A stretch of 64,000 nt of DNA from Amphiscolops sp. MND2022. Taxonomy: Eukaryota. Below the pieces are notes generated by a model. That model had not been told where the DNA came from and ran no database searches. It saw only the letters and a list, made by a program, of their open reading frames with translations. The stretch is taken from NCBI GenBank assembly GCA_964187785.1, contig OZ076409.1, positions 1,674,001-1,738,000 of the forward strand, written 5' to 3'. Numbering within the stretch: position 1 is the first letter of the stretch; each line of letters opens with the position of its first letter. This document shows, piece after piece, positions 61,868-64,000 of this stretch. A program made the translations under genes and the position numbers.

Positions 61868-64000
61868 AGTCGCCGCGCCTACGCTTCGGGGAAAAAGTAG
61901 ACGCGAGGGCGTACACCATCGAAGACCCCCCCCCCAAATAGGTACGAAGAAGATTTTTTCACAGAGTGTAATGAAGAACCAACTCAGGACTGGCAACGCC
62001 GATGGAACGTAGGCATGATACTCCGACACAATGCCAGGCATCCAGAGGACCCAACACCACTACCTCAATGGATAACAGAGTCACCAGATAACTACGCAAC
62101 ACTCAAGCGACCCTTACCAGAATCAAAAACCGAACGTATCTACATCTGTGATAGAGACTACAGATGCGATCCCTGGGATGAACCAACCATTTATGATACT
62201 AACAAACTCTCCTTCAAATTACAAGTCTCAAACCCCCAGGCTCAATCCACAGAAATTATGGACCTACCATCACCACCATCGCCAATTCTCAAAAGAACAA
62301 CACCATCCCCAACAGTACCCGTCACCATCACGTCCACACCAATAGACGCTGAGAACATCATCTGCGTCGAGGACAAAACCATATGGGCGCATCAAGAAAA
62401 ACGAAAACTAGAAAATGCTGATCCTTCAGTGACCCCTCCAAAAACCGCGCCCGTCACAACACTAATGAATGACGACGTAGAAATCACGGAATGTCCCTCA
62501 AAATTGCCTGAAGATCTAGACACCATCAAGGAATTCATCCAACATGACAAAGACGACAACTACATCCCGTTAATGTCTTCCATCGCGCTCAAGAAGAAAA
62601 AACAAATGCTTTTCCTACCAGTCGAATTCAACACGGTCAAAATCGACGCCTTAGTCGACTCAGGTGCGTACATTAACGCTATTAGCGAAAGGGACGCTGA
62701 AAAACTCCGACAGCATGCCAGTCAGTGCATCGTCAATAAGGCACCCCCACCCCCTTTCAAAGTGCAGTATGCCAACGCCGAATTAGAACAACCACTTGCC
62801 ACGTACACCCTACGTTTCAAAATAGGGGATTACACTTTTGAAGAAACATTCATCATCATGAATCAAACGTCATTCCCTATAATTGGATTAGCGTTCCTAC
62901 TAAGCATGCCGCAATCCTTGACACGGCACAAGGAACCATTGACTTTCCTAAGATCCAAATCACGATGGCGCTCACAGACGAAAGACAAAAGTGCAATCCC
63001 AAACCCATCACGATAAAGACCGAAGCCAAGCATACAATCCCAGCGCACTCTACCCGAATCATCTACGCAACAATCCCTGTGAGTATCGAACACTCAATAA
63101 CGGGCACTATACAACCCCTACCACAATTCGATGAATGCGCGAAGGTAATAGTAGCTCCAGCGATTACAACAGCCAGAGACAAAAAGACACCAATAAAAAT
63201 CGCCAACACTACGGATTTCCCATACACAATAGCCACCAATACCAAAATGACAGAACTACAAATCCTGAAACCCGAAGAAACGAAAATGATCCGTCCAGTT
63301 GACATAGCCGCCCTGAATCTTCTCACCGAACATGAAGATGTGGTTACGTACATCAATGCACTAATGCAAGTAGAGCGGCCCGACGACAATGAAGAGAAAT
63401 TCTGGTTTCCAACCCCAGAACACCCCGGCAACGAACAGGAACATTCGCCCATACAAAAGCGAATCTTGAAAGAATTGCGAGACCTTGCCGAGCTAGAAAA
63501 ATTTGACCAAACCGAAAACGAAGAGTCTCGAAACAAATTTCTATCCATGTTCAAATGGACAGATTCACAGATTGCGAACAAAGACCGTGAAAACCTCGAG
63601 GATACCATTGTCGAATTCAACGACATCTTCGCTCGACACCGGCTAGACATAGGGATGAACACACAATTCAAAGTCAGCCTAACACCACAAGATGACAAAC
63701 CAGTCTACACACAGAGCCTACCCGTCCCAATCAACCTCAAAGAAGACCTGACCGTGGAACTGGCCCTCATGCATCGATACGGAATCATCACGACACTCCC
63801 CTTCTCCAAGTATGCCAGTCCCATATTTGCACAACGGAAACCCAACGGCAAACTGAGACTACTGGTGGATCTGCGCAAAATCAACGCACTTATAGCAGAT
63901 GACTACATCAACAACAACCACACTGTCAGCACCCTCTCAGATGCGGCACAACACCTAGCAGGGAAAAAACTGTTCTGCAAGCTTGACTGCTCCCAGGCGT
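61858..64000 (+). pseudogene. Gypsy pol (protease, start of RT), truncated by the window end
   Basis: ALVDSGA protease; YASPIFAQRKPNGKLRLLVDLRKIN...KLDCSQA RT; single-base shifts in the C10 run (61926-61935) and near 62900. Confidence 0.9.

Overview
AT-rich, repeat-dense eukaryotic (probably invertebrate) genomic DNA with a 200-N gap at 50639-50838. The only host gene I recognise is a + strand NAD-dependent isocitrate dehydrogenase gamma-like gene (IDH3G). Two of its exons are convincing (12965-13062, 30019-30252), three small upstream exons are plausible, and the remaining exons are not seen in the window. Its very large introns hold nested mobile DNA: several Helentron/HINE-type families, hAT, piggyBac and Tc1-type MITEs, L2/CR1-, CRE- and I/Jockey-type LINE remnants, and a young 5'-truncated Penelope element with inverted hammerhead-bearing pseudo-LTRs that is caught in a 1417-bp tandem duplication. 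They also hold a Polinton/adintovirus left end whose pPolB gene is split by a full BEL/Pao element, a second BEL remnant followed by an antisense cassette with a JmjC-domain gene, a Gypsy-type solo LTR, and the 5' part of a Gypsy element. The most unusual observations are the apparently retrotransposon-borne JmjC gene, gag ORFs that start inside the LTR and read through the PBS, tRNA-like modules inside BEL LTRs, and paired sense hammerheads just upstream of a host splice acceptor. All calls come from reading the sequence by eye; no database searches were run.
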